Positions 48,536-64,000 of a stretch of 64,000 nucleotides of DNA are shown in pieces. Source of the stretch: the human T2T-CHM13v2.0 reference genome, Homo sapiens. The DNA lies in NCBI RefSeq assembly GCF_009914755.1, contig NC_060936.1; one strand, given 5' to 3'. How positions within the stretch are numbered: the first letter of the stretch is position 1; every line of letters begins with the position of its first letter. A program made the position numbers and the translations under genes. The notes beneath the pieces are model-generated. The model ran no database searches, was not told the origin of the DNA, and worked only from the letters and a program-made list of their open reading frames with translations.

Positions 48536-48937
48536 AGTTACTCAAGTTCACCTGTCTCAAGCAGAATGCTTAAGGACTGGGTCAAGATGGAGCCTTTCCT
48601 ACATGATATAAACAGCTGGATATCCCATTCTCTCCAAGCCCACCACTGAAGTTTCCTATATCTCCTCTGGAAAGATGATTAAGGAAAATTATTGTCTCAG
48701 AAATTCCTGAGGGTCATCCAGATTGGGCTAAAATTGACAGCTGAATATGGCATTCTAGATGCTAGCTCTCAAAATGCCAGCTCTTATAAAATTCATTTAT
48801 TGGAGAGGGTTAATCTTATTCTCCATCACCAGAAGGAGACTCAAGAGGAAACAGAAGGAAATTGTGGGAGAGGTTTGATTTACAGACAGGGAAAGATTGG
48901 CAGAATATCAGGGTGATGAGCTTAGGGAAATAACTAA

Positions 48938-49410
<473 letters not shown>

Positions 49411-49662
49411 CACTTTACGTTTTACTTTGGAATGTGGCATCTGTCTATTGTCTTTAGGACTCAGCTGAAACTAAAATGAAAAGCGTTTCTCATTTTATCT
49501 CCTGATTCATTGTCTTTTAACAGTTTATAAAGCACTTTCAGACACTAGATCTTATTTGACCCTTGCCATACCCTCCGTGTTACAGAAATCATTCCCCAAT
49601 TGGCACTATCACTGCCTTGCTGCTCCTGCAGCTGCCTCCTTCTCTGATGGATTTCATCATTT

Positions 49663-49716
49663 CTGCTGCTGTTGCTGTCGCTGCTGTTGCTGTCGCTGCT
49701 GCTGCTACAACTGCTG
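49663..49716. repeat. Interrupted (CTG/CAG)n trinucleotide repeat
   Basis: CTGCTGCTGTTGCTGTCGCTGCTGTTGCTGTCGCTGCTGCTGCT. Confidence 0.85.
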
Positions 49717-49978
49717 GCTCAAATACTTTCCTTGTCTTGTTGGCAACACACCATGGTTAAGTCCCAGCTGAGGGTTCCCAGTAGGAGAAGGAAGGAGTGG
49801 AAGAACAGGAAAATAAAGTGAAGAGGAAATAAAGAGAGGCCAGCTTGTACTATAGCATTAGTGTTACACAGCTCTATACTAGGGCTAATTATCTCCCAAA
49901 TCTCCTAGAGGAAGTTCTCTATATCTCCACATTCCAGGAAGCAGCAAGGTGGCTCACAACTATCCAGGAATCCTGTCC

Positions 49979-50725
<747 letters not shown>

Positions 50726-51125
50726 TACTCTTCCTCACTCCTCTACTTCTCCAAAGAGTCCTCTTTACTCTCCCACCACGAACCCTAACCCCCCTTAATT
50801 AGCAAGATTCTTCGTTGTGTGCATGCAGATTCTGTACCTCCTTTGGTGATCTGCATTACATTTGGTTAAAATATGTTTACTGATCCCTTACTTTATGGTT
50901 AGTTGCCTAGAAAGGGGATTTAGATACGGTCCTATCCTTTGTCCCATTACAAACCCAGGGAGGGAATCTAAAATTCCCACCCAGAATAATCCAACCAGTA
51001 ACTAATATAAACAGATCCTTAATCAAAATCTAATGCAACTCCTTTCTGCTCCCTACATAAAATCATCAAAGTTGAGAGTGCATACATATTTTTTTGTAGA
51101 TGTTTACTTTGCACTTAAGAAATAA

Positions 51126-52138
<1,013 letters not shown>

Positions 52139-52881
52139 TCAACTGAAGAGTAGCTGAGGCAGCTTTTATGAAGAAAAAACCAGACATCTCACATGTCCAG
52201 ATATCAAGATCTATTACAATGCTATGGTAATTAAGATAGCATAGTATTGGTGAAAAGACAGGTGAACAGATGAGTGGAACAGAATGGTGACTTTCACAAA
52301 TATGATCACCTGACAGGACAAAGTTGGCACTGTACTGATGTAAGGAAAGCATGGTATTTTCAATAAATGGCAATGATTCGGCTGGCTACCTATGGCTGCT
52401 TTTGTTATCTTTTGCTCATCTCAAAGCTGTCTGTGGTATTAGAAGAGCAAGAAACATACACACGTCTATGATTGTAGCCAGCAAGACATGAACTTTTCTG
52501 CCCATTTAAAAAAACAAAACAAAAAGCAGTAGCAGAGGTAACAGTGGACTTTTTTGATCATCCCCAAATCTGGATGTAAATTGGACTTTGAAGCAGTTTG
52601 CCTCAGAGCGCTGAATTCAAACACATGTCCTAAAAACTTGACCTACCTTTTTTTAATGCTGCATCCAAAGAGCAAGTGCAGAGGGAAGGGGGCTACACTA
52701 AAAGAAAAGCAAGCAATCATTTTGCCCCACAGTAGAGACCACCCCAGGGCACAGTGGCCACTAGTAGAAGCGGCAGTTCTCTGGACAGGAAAAACTGCCA
52801 TTCCATACAGAAGTAATGCTTTGATCTTCCACTGTATTATTTTATTGAAAGCCAATAAGCTTTCTTTATTAGGAAGGAGAT

Positions 52882-53215
<334 letters not shown>

Positions 53216-53481
53216 TTAGGCTTGTTGCTCTCATTTTTGTTCCAGCAACACTGACCTCACGGTTAAAGGGGAAAAAAAGAAAATCCTTGATTCCTTTGCT
53301 GATGACTACGGCCAAGAGTAGGGGAACTTTGAATAGAAACTTCACCAGAGACACATGGATGGCAAATAAGCAGCTGATGAAAAGCTGCTCAACTCATTAA
53401 TCATTAGGGAAGAGCTAATTAAAACTACAATGGAATATAACCACACCCATTAGAATTGTTAAAATTTTAAAAAGGCTGACC

Positions 53482-54191
<710 letters not shown>

Positions 54192-54702
54192 CCTAGACCC
54201 AAAAAAATGCATATTATATAATTCCATTTATATAAAACTCAAAAAATGTAAACTAATCTATGTGACAAAAAGCAGAGTAGTGATTGCTTTGGAATAGGGA
54301 ATAGGAATGGGAGAGAGAGGAACTCAAGGAAAGTTTTGGCGTGATGGATATGCTTACTATCTTTATTGTGGGGATGGTTTCGTAAGTGTATATATGTGCC
54401 AAAAGGTATCAAGTTGTACACTTTAAATAGGTGCAATTTTTTGTTTGACAATTATGACTCAATAAAGCTGTTAAAAAATAAAATTGGTAACAGTCAACCA
54501 CAAATAAGACAATAAAATATAAATCTCAAAATTGCTCTATGGCTAAAGAGAAAGAGGTTTGACTAAAACTTTGAGTTATATCCAATGAATGTGGAATAAA
54601 CACATTACAAGAATATGAACTCATATGGGGCACAACGTAAAAATTATCTCATTGATGAATCTATTTGCATTCTTATGCCAGCTCTTCCATTAATTACTTA
54701 GT

Positions 54703-55192
54703 GCTATGAGTTGAATCGTGTCCCCCAAAGAATGACATGTTGAAGTCCTAACCCCCAGTATCTCAAGAATATGACCTGGAAATAGTGTCATTACAGATGT
54801 ATTAGTTTGGTGCAAAAGTAATTATGGTTTTTGCCATTTTTAATAATTAGTTAAGATGAAGTCATACTGAAGTAGGGTGGGCCCCTAATCCAATATAACT
54901 AGTGTCCTTATAAGATGGCCATGTAAAGATAGAAAAACAGAGAGAACTCCTTGTGACAATGAAGACAGAGATTGGAGTTATGAAGCTGCAAGCCAAGGAA
55001 TATCAAAAACAGCCCACAAACCAGCAAAAGCTAGGAAGAGGCAAGGAAGAATTCTTTCATTCCTACAAGTTTCAGAGAACATGGCCGTGCCAATACTTTC
55101 AGCCATCTAGTCTCCAGAACTGAGACAAATTTCTATTGTTTTAAGCCACCCAGTTTGCTGTTTTGTTATGGCAGCCTTGGGAAACTAACACA
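54703..55192 (+). mobile_element. MLT1C-like LTR
   Basis: TGCTATGAGTTGAATCGTGTCCCCCAAA..GGGCCCCTAATCCAATA..TTTTAAGCCACCCAGTTTG..AAACTAACACA. Confidence 0.8.
54802..54843 (+). mobile_element. Half MADE1 (Hsmar1 MITE), single TIR
   Basis: TTAGTTTGGTGCAAAAGTAATTATGGTTTTTGCCATT matches the recalled MADE1 arm; inserted at TA. Confidence 0.8.
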
Positions 55193-55794
55193 CTTGGTGT
55201 TACTGGTAAGTAGTTAATATTTCTAGGCCTTGATTTCCTCACTTTTACTTAAGAGGGTTGGACCAGATTATATATAAAATTCCTTGGGAAAATTCATTAG
55301 TCTCTTATGACCTGGCTGCCTCATCTGTAAAATGGAGATAATTATATAACAATGCCTGGCACATGCAAGCACTAACTGTAAGCTGATAATTACACAAACC
55401 AGTAATAGCAGTAGTGACTCTTTCAGTTCTGGCAATCTATGGCCTATAACCAATCCCAAAGGATATGAGGTTTATATGTCCAGTGAATTCTAGAAACAAC
55501 AATTCAACAGGAAGAAAAATACCCTACAGTTTTTGGATGAGGGCAAAATAAGGAGTCAGACAACCAGAAAGGAGTCCTAAATAGCTGTGACAAAGGGTCA
55601 GACACAGGAAGGCAGGCATTCTCATAGCAGTAGGTCCTTCCACTTCCTCCACTACTTTACATTTCATGGTAAGCCCATCCCAACTTTACCCGAGCCCCTC
55701 CAGGAGTGAGAACACTCTCTCCCATACAGGTTCCTGCTGCTAAGTGGCTCACCCAGTCTGATCATGGTACCACTTTTATTAGATTTTTCTACTA

Positions 55795-56480
55795 ATTATT
55801 CAATGCAAATATACACCAGGCACTACACAGGAGAAGGGATACAGCAGGGAGTAAAACAGTAAGTCCCTTATTACAGTTCTAGAGTCTAAAAGGGGAAACA
55901 AACATTAAACAAATAATTTTACAAATACTCATATATTACAAATGTGAGGGTACTATGAAGACAAAGGACAGAGAGCACATCCACGTCAGGGGTCAAAGGA
56001 CAACTCCCTGAGAAAATTAATTCTAAGATGAAACCTGTAGGATAGGTAGAAGTTAACCAGGAATAAGTGTCAAAGATAATTTGGAGGAAACAGGCAGAGA
56101 GGAAAGGTATGTGCAAAGCTCTAAAGCAAAGCTTTCCACATTTGTGGAACAGAAAGAAGTCATGAGAGATAAGGCTGGAGAGGTAGGCTGGAGACAGACT
56201 GTGTGGCCATCATAGCCCATAGCAAGGAGTTTGATCTTCACCCTAAGTTCAAGGGGGAGTTACTGAAGGGTTTTTAAGCAAAGGAGTAATAGAAGATTTG
56301 CATTTCCCAAAGATCACTCTTGCAGCAGTGTGAAAAATAGGTAAGAGGGGTAGGTATGGCTATAAGGATATAATGGAGTGCTACTGTAGCCTTTCAGATG
56401 AGACGATTCAATGTCATAGATTAGGATGGTTGTAGACTTGGAAAGAAATGGTTAGAGAAATGCATTGGTAAAATGTGATT
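55795..56480 (-). mobile_element. L2 3' fragment
   Basis: Degenerate antisense L2 (CCAGGCACT..TAAACAAATAA..GAAGGGTTTTTAAGCA..AAAGATCACTCT). Confidence 0.65.
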
Positions 56481-57268
56481 GGTGTCAGGGACCTTGGGAT
56501 GCTGCTTCCAGCAGCTCAAAACCCCACCACTGAGATTCTGCTGAACAGAATTCTTCTGGAGAATGAGAGCCAGACATGTTAGCCAGGAGAACCCAGAGCA
56601 GAAGTCTGCTTCAGAAGCTGTGTCATCTAGAGGGAACCTGAGTTTCTGTACTTCATGATGCTTTTTCAAGCAGATCTAGAGGCTACAGACACTCCTAACA
56701 ATGGGTGATGTGTCACTGATAAATGACTAGGGACTGGGAGCAGGGAAAGATAGAAAATAGGTTCTTGGAAAGGTATGTGATTATTCTCCAGCCTTCTTTT
56801 TGTCACTTTTCCTTCTTCACCAGGTTACTGGGGCCCAACTGAGCTGGCTGAGGAGTAACCCCTGCCCCTTTACAGTGCCTCATCCGTCACAGGTTGTTTC
56901 TCCTCCACCTTTCCACCTCTGTGCTTTCTTTCCCTCTCATCTCCCCTTTCCACTCTCACCTCACTTCCCCCGCTTCTCATCTTCCCCCCACTGTCTCCGA
57001 GTGTAGGGAGATTTCCCCAACCTTAGAGGTCCCCTCAAGAGGGTACTGTCTCCCTAGTCCCCTCTTGTCACTGCAGCCATGGTGGCCTATGCAGACTTGG
57101 GCCAGAGGGGACAGACAGATCCTGGTCTGAAGGCAGACTTTTCCCCAGACTACAGTAAAACTGACTGTTGCACCATGCTTCAGCTTTGTGTCCAGCATTT
57201 TTTCTGCAGCTGAAGACAGTGACAACAAGCTAGTAATGCTAAAAATTTAACTCAACAAATATTTGTGA

Positions 57269-58905
57269 CCTGCCTGCCTTCCTTCCTTCCTTCTTTCCTT
57301 CTTTCTTTCCTTCTTTCTTTCTTTCCTTCTTTCCTTCTTTCTTTCCTTCTTTCTTTCCTTCTTTCTCTTTCTCTCTCTCTCTTTCTCTCTCTCTCTCTTT
57401 CTTTCTTTTTCTTCGGTCTCCCTCTGTTGCCGAGGCTGGACTGTACTGCCGTGATCTCGGCTCACTGCAACCTCCCTGCCTCGGGCTCCCGTGATTCTCC
57501 TGCCTCGGCCTGCCGAGTGCCTGGGATTGCAGGCACGTGCCGCCACGCCTGACTGGTTTTTGTATTTTTGGTGGAGACGGGGTTTCGCCTTGTTGGCCGG
57601 GCTGGTCTCCAGCTCCTGACTTCGAGTGATCTGCCCGCCTCGGCCTCCCGAGGTGCTGGGATTGCAGATGGAGTCTCGCTCACTCAATGCTCAATGTTGC
57701 CCAGGCTGGAGTGCAGTGGCGTGATCTCGGCTCACTACAACCTCCACCTCCCAGCCGCCTGCCTTGTCCTCCCAAAGTGCTAAGATTACAGCCTCTGCCC
57801 GGCTGCCACCCCATCTAGGAAGTGAGGAACATCTCTGCCTGGCCGCCCATCGTCTGGGATGTGAGAAGCCCCTCTGCCCGGCCGCCCCGTCTGGGAAGTG
57901 AGGAGCGCCTCTTCCCGGCCGCCACCCCATCTAGGAAGTGAGGAGCATCTCTGCCTGGCCGCCCCATCTGGGATGTGAGGAGCGCTGCTGCCCGGCCACC
58001 CCGTCTGGGAAGTGAGGAGCGCCTCTGCCCGGTCGCCCTGTCTGGGAGGTGAGGAGCGCCTCTGCCCGGCCGCCACCCCGTCTGGGAGGTGAGGAGTGTC
58101 TCTGCCCGGCCACCACCCTGTCTAGGAAGTGAGGAGTGCCTCTGCCCGGCCGCCACCCCGTCTGGGAAGTGAGAAGTGCCTCTGCCCGGCCACCAACCCG
58201 TCTGGGATGTGAGGAGCGTCTCTGCCTGGCCGCCCCGTCTGGGAAGTGAGGAGCGCCTCTGCCCGGATGCCCCGTCTGGGAGGTGAGGAGCGCCTCTGCC
58301 CGGCCGCCCCGTCTGGGATGTGAGGAGTGCCTCTGCCTGGCCGCCCCGTCTGGGATGTGAAGAGCGCCTCTGCCCAGCCACCACCCCGTCTGGGATGTGA
58401 GGAGCACCTCTGCCCGGCCACCACCCCGTCTGGGAAGTGAGGAGCGCCTCTGCCCGGCCGCCCCGTCTGGGAGGTGAGGAGCACCTCTGCCCGGCCGCCC
58501 ATTGTCTGGGAGGTGGGGAGCGCCTCTGCCCGGCCGCCCATCGTCTGGGAGGTGGGGAGCTCCTCTACCCGGCCGCCAACCCGTCTGAGAGGTGAGGAGC
58601 ACCTCTGCCCGGCCGCCACCCCATCTGGGAAGTGAGGAGCGCCTCTGCCCAGCCGCCCCGTCTGGGAGGTGAGGAGCACCTCTGCCTGGCCGCTGTGCAA
58701 TCTTCCAAGTGTGAAGTGACAGCCTTTCTGCAGGTGTACCCAACAGCTCTGAAGAGACAGCAACCATCGAGAACGGGCCATGATGACGATGGCAGTTTTG
58801 TCGAAAAGAAAAGGGGGAAATGTGGGGAAAAGAAAGAGAGATCAGATTGTTACTGTGTCTGTGTAGAAAGAAGTAGACATAGGAGATTCCAAAAAAAAAA
58901 AAAAA
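57269..58905 (+). mobile_element. SVA (SVA_A-like): CT-rich head, Alu-like domain, VNTR, truncated SINE-R, poly(A)
   Basis: Alu-like domain 57412-57790; GC-rich ~37-40 bp VNTR 57790-58690; HERV-K-derived SINE-R 58690-58890; A15 tail. Confidence 0.95.
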
Positions 58906-59149
58906 GTTGTGAGCATTGGCCATATACATAGCTACCAGGAATTCATTATTTATCAAGGATAAGACCAATGCCATCACAGTTCTGGCACACCATAGGGAAT
59001 AATACCTAGCATACTTAGAACACTACTAGCTTAATATAATGAATAATATATTCATTCATATCAGGTTCATCTATATGTCAATAAATGCTCAAATACAAGG
59101 CAAGTGAGAAGCAGGTGAGGGACTAAAGAAAGAAAAGTCATGAATAGGA

Positions 59150-59483
59150 TATATGCTTAACAGGGATACCTTCTTAAGACATATGTCATTAGGCAATTTC
59201 ATCATTGTGCAATCATAGAGTACACCTACACAAACCGAGATGGTATAGCCTACCACCCACCTACACTCTATGGTATAGCATATTGCTCCTAAGTTACAAA
59301 TCCGTACAGCATGTGACTGCACTGAATACTATAGGCAACTGTAACACAATGGTAAGTATTTGTGTATGTAAACATAGCAAAACATAGAAAAGGTACACTA
59401 AAAATACCATATTATAACCTTATGGCACCACCATCACATATGTAGTCCATCCGTGACCAAAATGTTATGTGGTGCATGACTAT
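59150..59483 (+). mobile_element. Tigger3a/MER7-type DNA transposon
   Basis: GATGGTATAGCCTAC..TATTGCTCCTA..GTAACACAATGGTAAGTATTTGTGTAT..GCATGACT match the recalled consensus. Confidence 0.75.
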
Positions 59484-59639
59484 ATGCTTTAGGTAGCATG
59501 TGGGTGCAAAATGAGTTACTCCACACTAAGACTTGTATAAAACACATGCAAAGTTACTTTAAAAATATAAAACAGCCCTAGGCCAAGATTTGACTGAAAC
59601 ATTTATTGATATTAACATTTTCTTTTGGTTTGTGTGTGT

Positions 59640-59957
59640 TTTCTTTTTTTTAAGAGGTAGGGCCTCGCTCTGTGGCCCAGGCTGGAGTATAGTGGCATGA
59701 TCGTGGCTCACTGCAACCTCAAAATTTCTGGGCTCAGGTAATCCTCCCGCCTCAGCCTCATGAGTAGCTAGCACTACAGGTGCACAGCACTGTTGTACCA
59801 GGCTAATTTTTTTCTTTTTTTTTTTTTTTTTTTTTTAGAGATGGGGGTCTGTCTCTCTATGATGCCCAAGCTGGTCTTGAACTCCTGGCCTCAAGTGATA
59901 CTCCCACCCTGGCCTCCCACAGTGCTGTGATTATAGGTGTGAGCCTCCATACCCAGC
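59640..59957 (-). mobile_element. AluJ
   Basis: Antisense Alu. Confidence 0.85.
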
Positions 59958-60097
59958 CAGTTTGTGTATTTTTGATAGCCCTAGCATAACCTTTTGGTCT
60001 CCTAGGGTAACGCAGCTAAGAGTCAGACGATTCTGGCTCACAAAATCTCAGGATAGTATATTACTGTATAATAGCTGCTGGACACCATGAAAAATAG

Positions 60098-60421
<324 letters not shown>

Positions 60422-61187
60422 CCAAAGGATCCATTTTTTAACACACACACACTGGTTGCAGAAAACGACATTCCCATTACATCATTTCCACCCTTTTACT
60501 ATTACCATGACATTCAAGGGTAATAAAGGAAGAAGCCTGATACTGCAACCTTATACCTCATTCAGAGCCTCTAGTCAAAGTCACTTCCCTACCTGTTTCT
60601 TGTCACCTGGGCATCCTAAGACATTTTGCTCCACAAGTTAGCATGTGGGAATTCCCTCCATGCCTGTCATCAACAAATCAAAAGAATATCATAGAGTTGA
60701 CCTATCAACAAGTGAAAGGTAAGGGGATGAGCATTCTAAAACAAAGGAGTACAAACTGTTACTAGGTCCAGTGTTTGAGATAATGAAAATCTACAGGCTT
60801 ATATTTTTGTAAACAGGAGAATAAATCATAAAATTTATATAAATGGCTACCTACAAGGTAAGGGAAAGAACGGACCAGAAATACAAGGGATAGAAGTTAT
60901 TCTTTAAAACAAATGAGCACTGAGGTTATATTTTAATTCTATCATCTTACTGTTCTTGAGAATGGAGATGGTCAGCATGAAAAAAATGATGTACAGATAT
61001 AAGACAGAAGAGGTTATGTTAAAGTCCCTAGTTCTGAATGTGAAATGTCATTATGAAATTATGAGGCATTATATCTATCTCTGTTCACTGAAAAAGTGTA
61101 GAAACAATGACGATTATATCTGCAATGGACATCCCTAGCACTGAGATTGTAAACCATCATTTCTTATTAAAAAGAAACCAGAGCTCT

Positions 61188-61493
61188 TGGCCGGGCGCAG
61201 TGGCTCACACCTGTAATCCCAACACTTTGGGAGGCTGAGGCGGGTGGATCACAAGGTCAGGAGATTGAGACCATCCTGGCTAACATGGTGAAACCCAGTC
61301 TGTACTAAAAATACAAAAAATTTGCCGGGTGGGGTGGCGGGCGCCTGTAATCCCAGCCACTAGGGAGGCTGAGGCAGGAGAATGGTGTGAACCCAGGAGG
61401 TGGAGCTTGCAGTGAGTCAAGATCACGCCACTGCACACCAGCCTGGGGGAGAGAGCGAGACTCCATCTCAAAAAAAAAAAGAAAAAAAAAAAG
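61188..61493 (+). mobile_element. AluY-like
   Basis: Full dimer; TSD-like GAAACCAGA. Confidence 0.9.
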
Positions 61494-61658
61494 GAAACCA
61501 GAACTCCTTGTAGAAATGGGTGATTCTGGCTTTCAAGTAGGAAATGAACAAGCCTAAAACATATTGACATTTAAATTGCAAAGCCTACTGAGGCCACATC
61601 AAAAGGACTCAGACGTGAACTGAAGAACATCTCCTTGGGCAAAAATAGGACAATGTAG

Positions 61659-61972
<314 letters not shown>

Positions 61973-62071
61973 TTTCATTATAATTTTTAAAACTCTGATT
62001 ACTTTTGAAGGTTGCTAATGACCCAATTCATTATTTTGAAAAATAGTCAATAAAGAAAAAGGGTTAAGTAT

Positions 62072-62810
<739 letters not shown>

Positions 62811-64000
62811 ATTTATCCTGCTTTTCCTATGCAAACTATACCACTGGGTATCCAAATAATGGATAAAGAGAAATTTCTTCAGTTTTCCAAATAATAGATA
62901 AAAAAGAAATAAATTCACAATATTGCCATTTTACAACACCTAATGAATCAACAGATCTCAGCAATGAGCATCAAAAGGCTGCTACCAGCACAAAAAGAGA
63001 CAACCAGACATTACATGCCTACTGACAGAAGACACCACCACCTATGAAGATCACACCTCTGGACCCAACTGCCAACTTGCAGGAAATACCAACAGAATAA
63101 CATGTTAGACTACAGTATGGAGGTGCAATCTGCTAAATCCAGACTATGAAAACTATACAGGAACAACCACCTATTTTCTCCAAAACAAAATTAGGAGAAA
63201 GAGAGCAACCTATAGATTAAAAGAAACTTATAAGGCATTATCATCAAGTCACCATATTGTGTGAACTTCATTTGAATTATAACTTAAATGATCAACCTAC
63301 ATACATATTTACATACATACACACAAAAATATGACAACTAGAAATTGGAAAACTGACTCAATACTTGATATTAAAGAATTATTGCTAATTTTTAAAGTAT
63401 GATATTTGTGTATCTTTTAGAGATACATAACAAAATATTTACAGATTAAATGATACATCTGAGATGTGCTTCAAAATAATACATACAGGAAGAAAATGGG
63501 TGGCCATGAATTGATGTCAGAAGAAACTATCCAAGAAGGCAACAAAAAGATGAAAAATTTCCATGTAAGAGGTATAGAGTAAGAAGATATTTAGCACAGA
63601 TTTAATCAGAATCTCAGAGGGAGACAGAAGATTCTGGCTTGGACTTCCAGAACAATACTAAATAGAAATGTTAATAGTGGGCAAACTTCTCTTAATCCTG
63701 ATTTCAAAGAGAAACTTCAAAAAACTTGCTGGAGTATTTTTTGTAGATACTATCAGGCTAACAAATCTTTTCTACTCCTAGCTTCACTAAGTTAAAAAAA
63801 AATCACATATGGTTATTAAATATTATTTTTAAAACGCTGCATCTATTGAGATTACTTTTCTTCTTTAATCTCTAATGTGTTGAAACACAGCTATATAAAA
63901 TCTTTATTTAATATAAACAATTGCCCTACTGTATTAGAGATCTGAAAAATTACAAAAGGAACACTGCAGTATCACAGATTAGTAACTAAAGGAAGCAGCT

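Noticed and set aside
49556-49771. Cys-rich ORF (CCCCCRCCCCRCCC) resembling metallothionein or keratin-associated proteins
   Set aside because: A by-product of the CTG repeat with a TTG start; no family spacing pattern.
57790-58690. Regular repeat array superficially like a CRISPR
   Set aside because: Units are contiguous with no unique spacers; this is the SVA VNTR in primate DNA.
57691-58977. Long minus-strand ORFs (348, 219 and 189 aa) with repeating ALLTSQTG/GRGAPH peptides
   Set aside because: Antisense translations of the GC-rich SVA VNTR, not genes.

Overview
Gene-poor, repeat-dense hominoid genomic DNA, most likely human (about 35 Alus, two near-full-length L1PA elements, an SVA, many LTR elements). 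I found no intact protein-coding gene; nearly all ORF-track entries are Alu, L1, SVA or LTR artefacts. Two decayed host genes are present on the + strand. One is a single-exon olfactory receptor pseudogene (~43905-44839, family 11-like). The other is three spliced exons (47198-47357, 47943-48017, 48365-48430) of a calcium-binding c-type lysozyme pseudogene (horse/dog milk-lysozyme type, LYSC1), which the ORF track misses. It keeps the catalytic Glu/Asp and the three Ca-ligand Asp codons but has frameshifts, stops and no recognisable exon 1. This pairing suggests the LALBA neighbourhood on 12q13 (inference from recall). Other elements: a 5'-LTR-less, pol-deleted HERV-I/IP10 provirus with a long open env segment and a p53 site in its LTR10; a full MSTA MaLR; solo LTRs (LTR8, MER21, MER4D, MER67, MLT2A, LTR12); a 3'-truncated SVA_A; a U6 fragment; and several small templated-insertion scars, including an 83-bp copy of the OR 5' end inside an ERV-L gag remnant. 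I found no new functional system. Repeat subfamily names come from recalled consensus sequences, not database searches.
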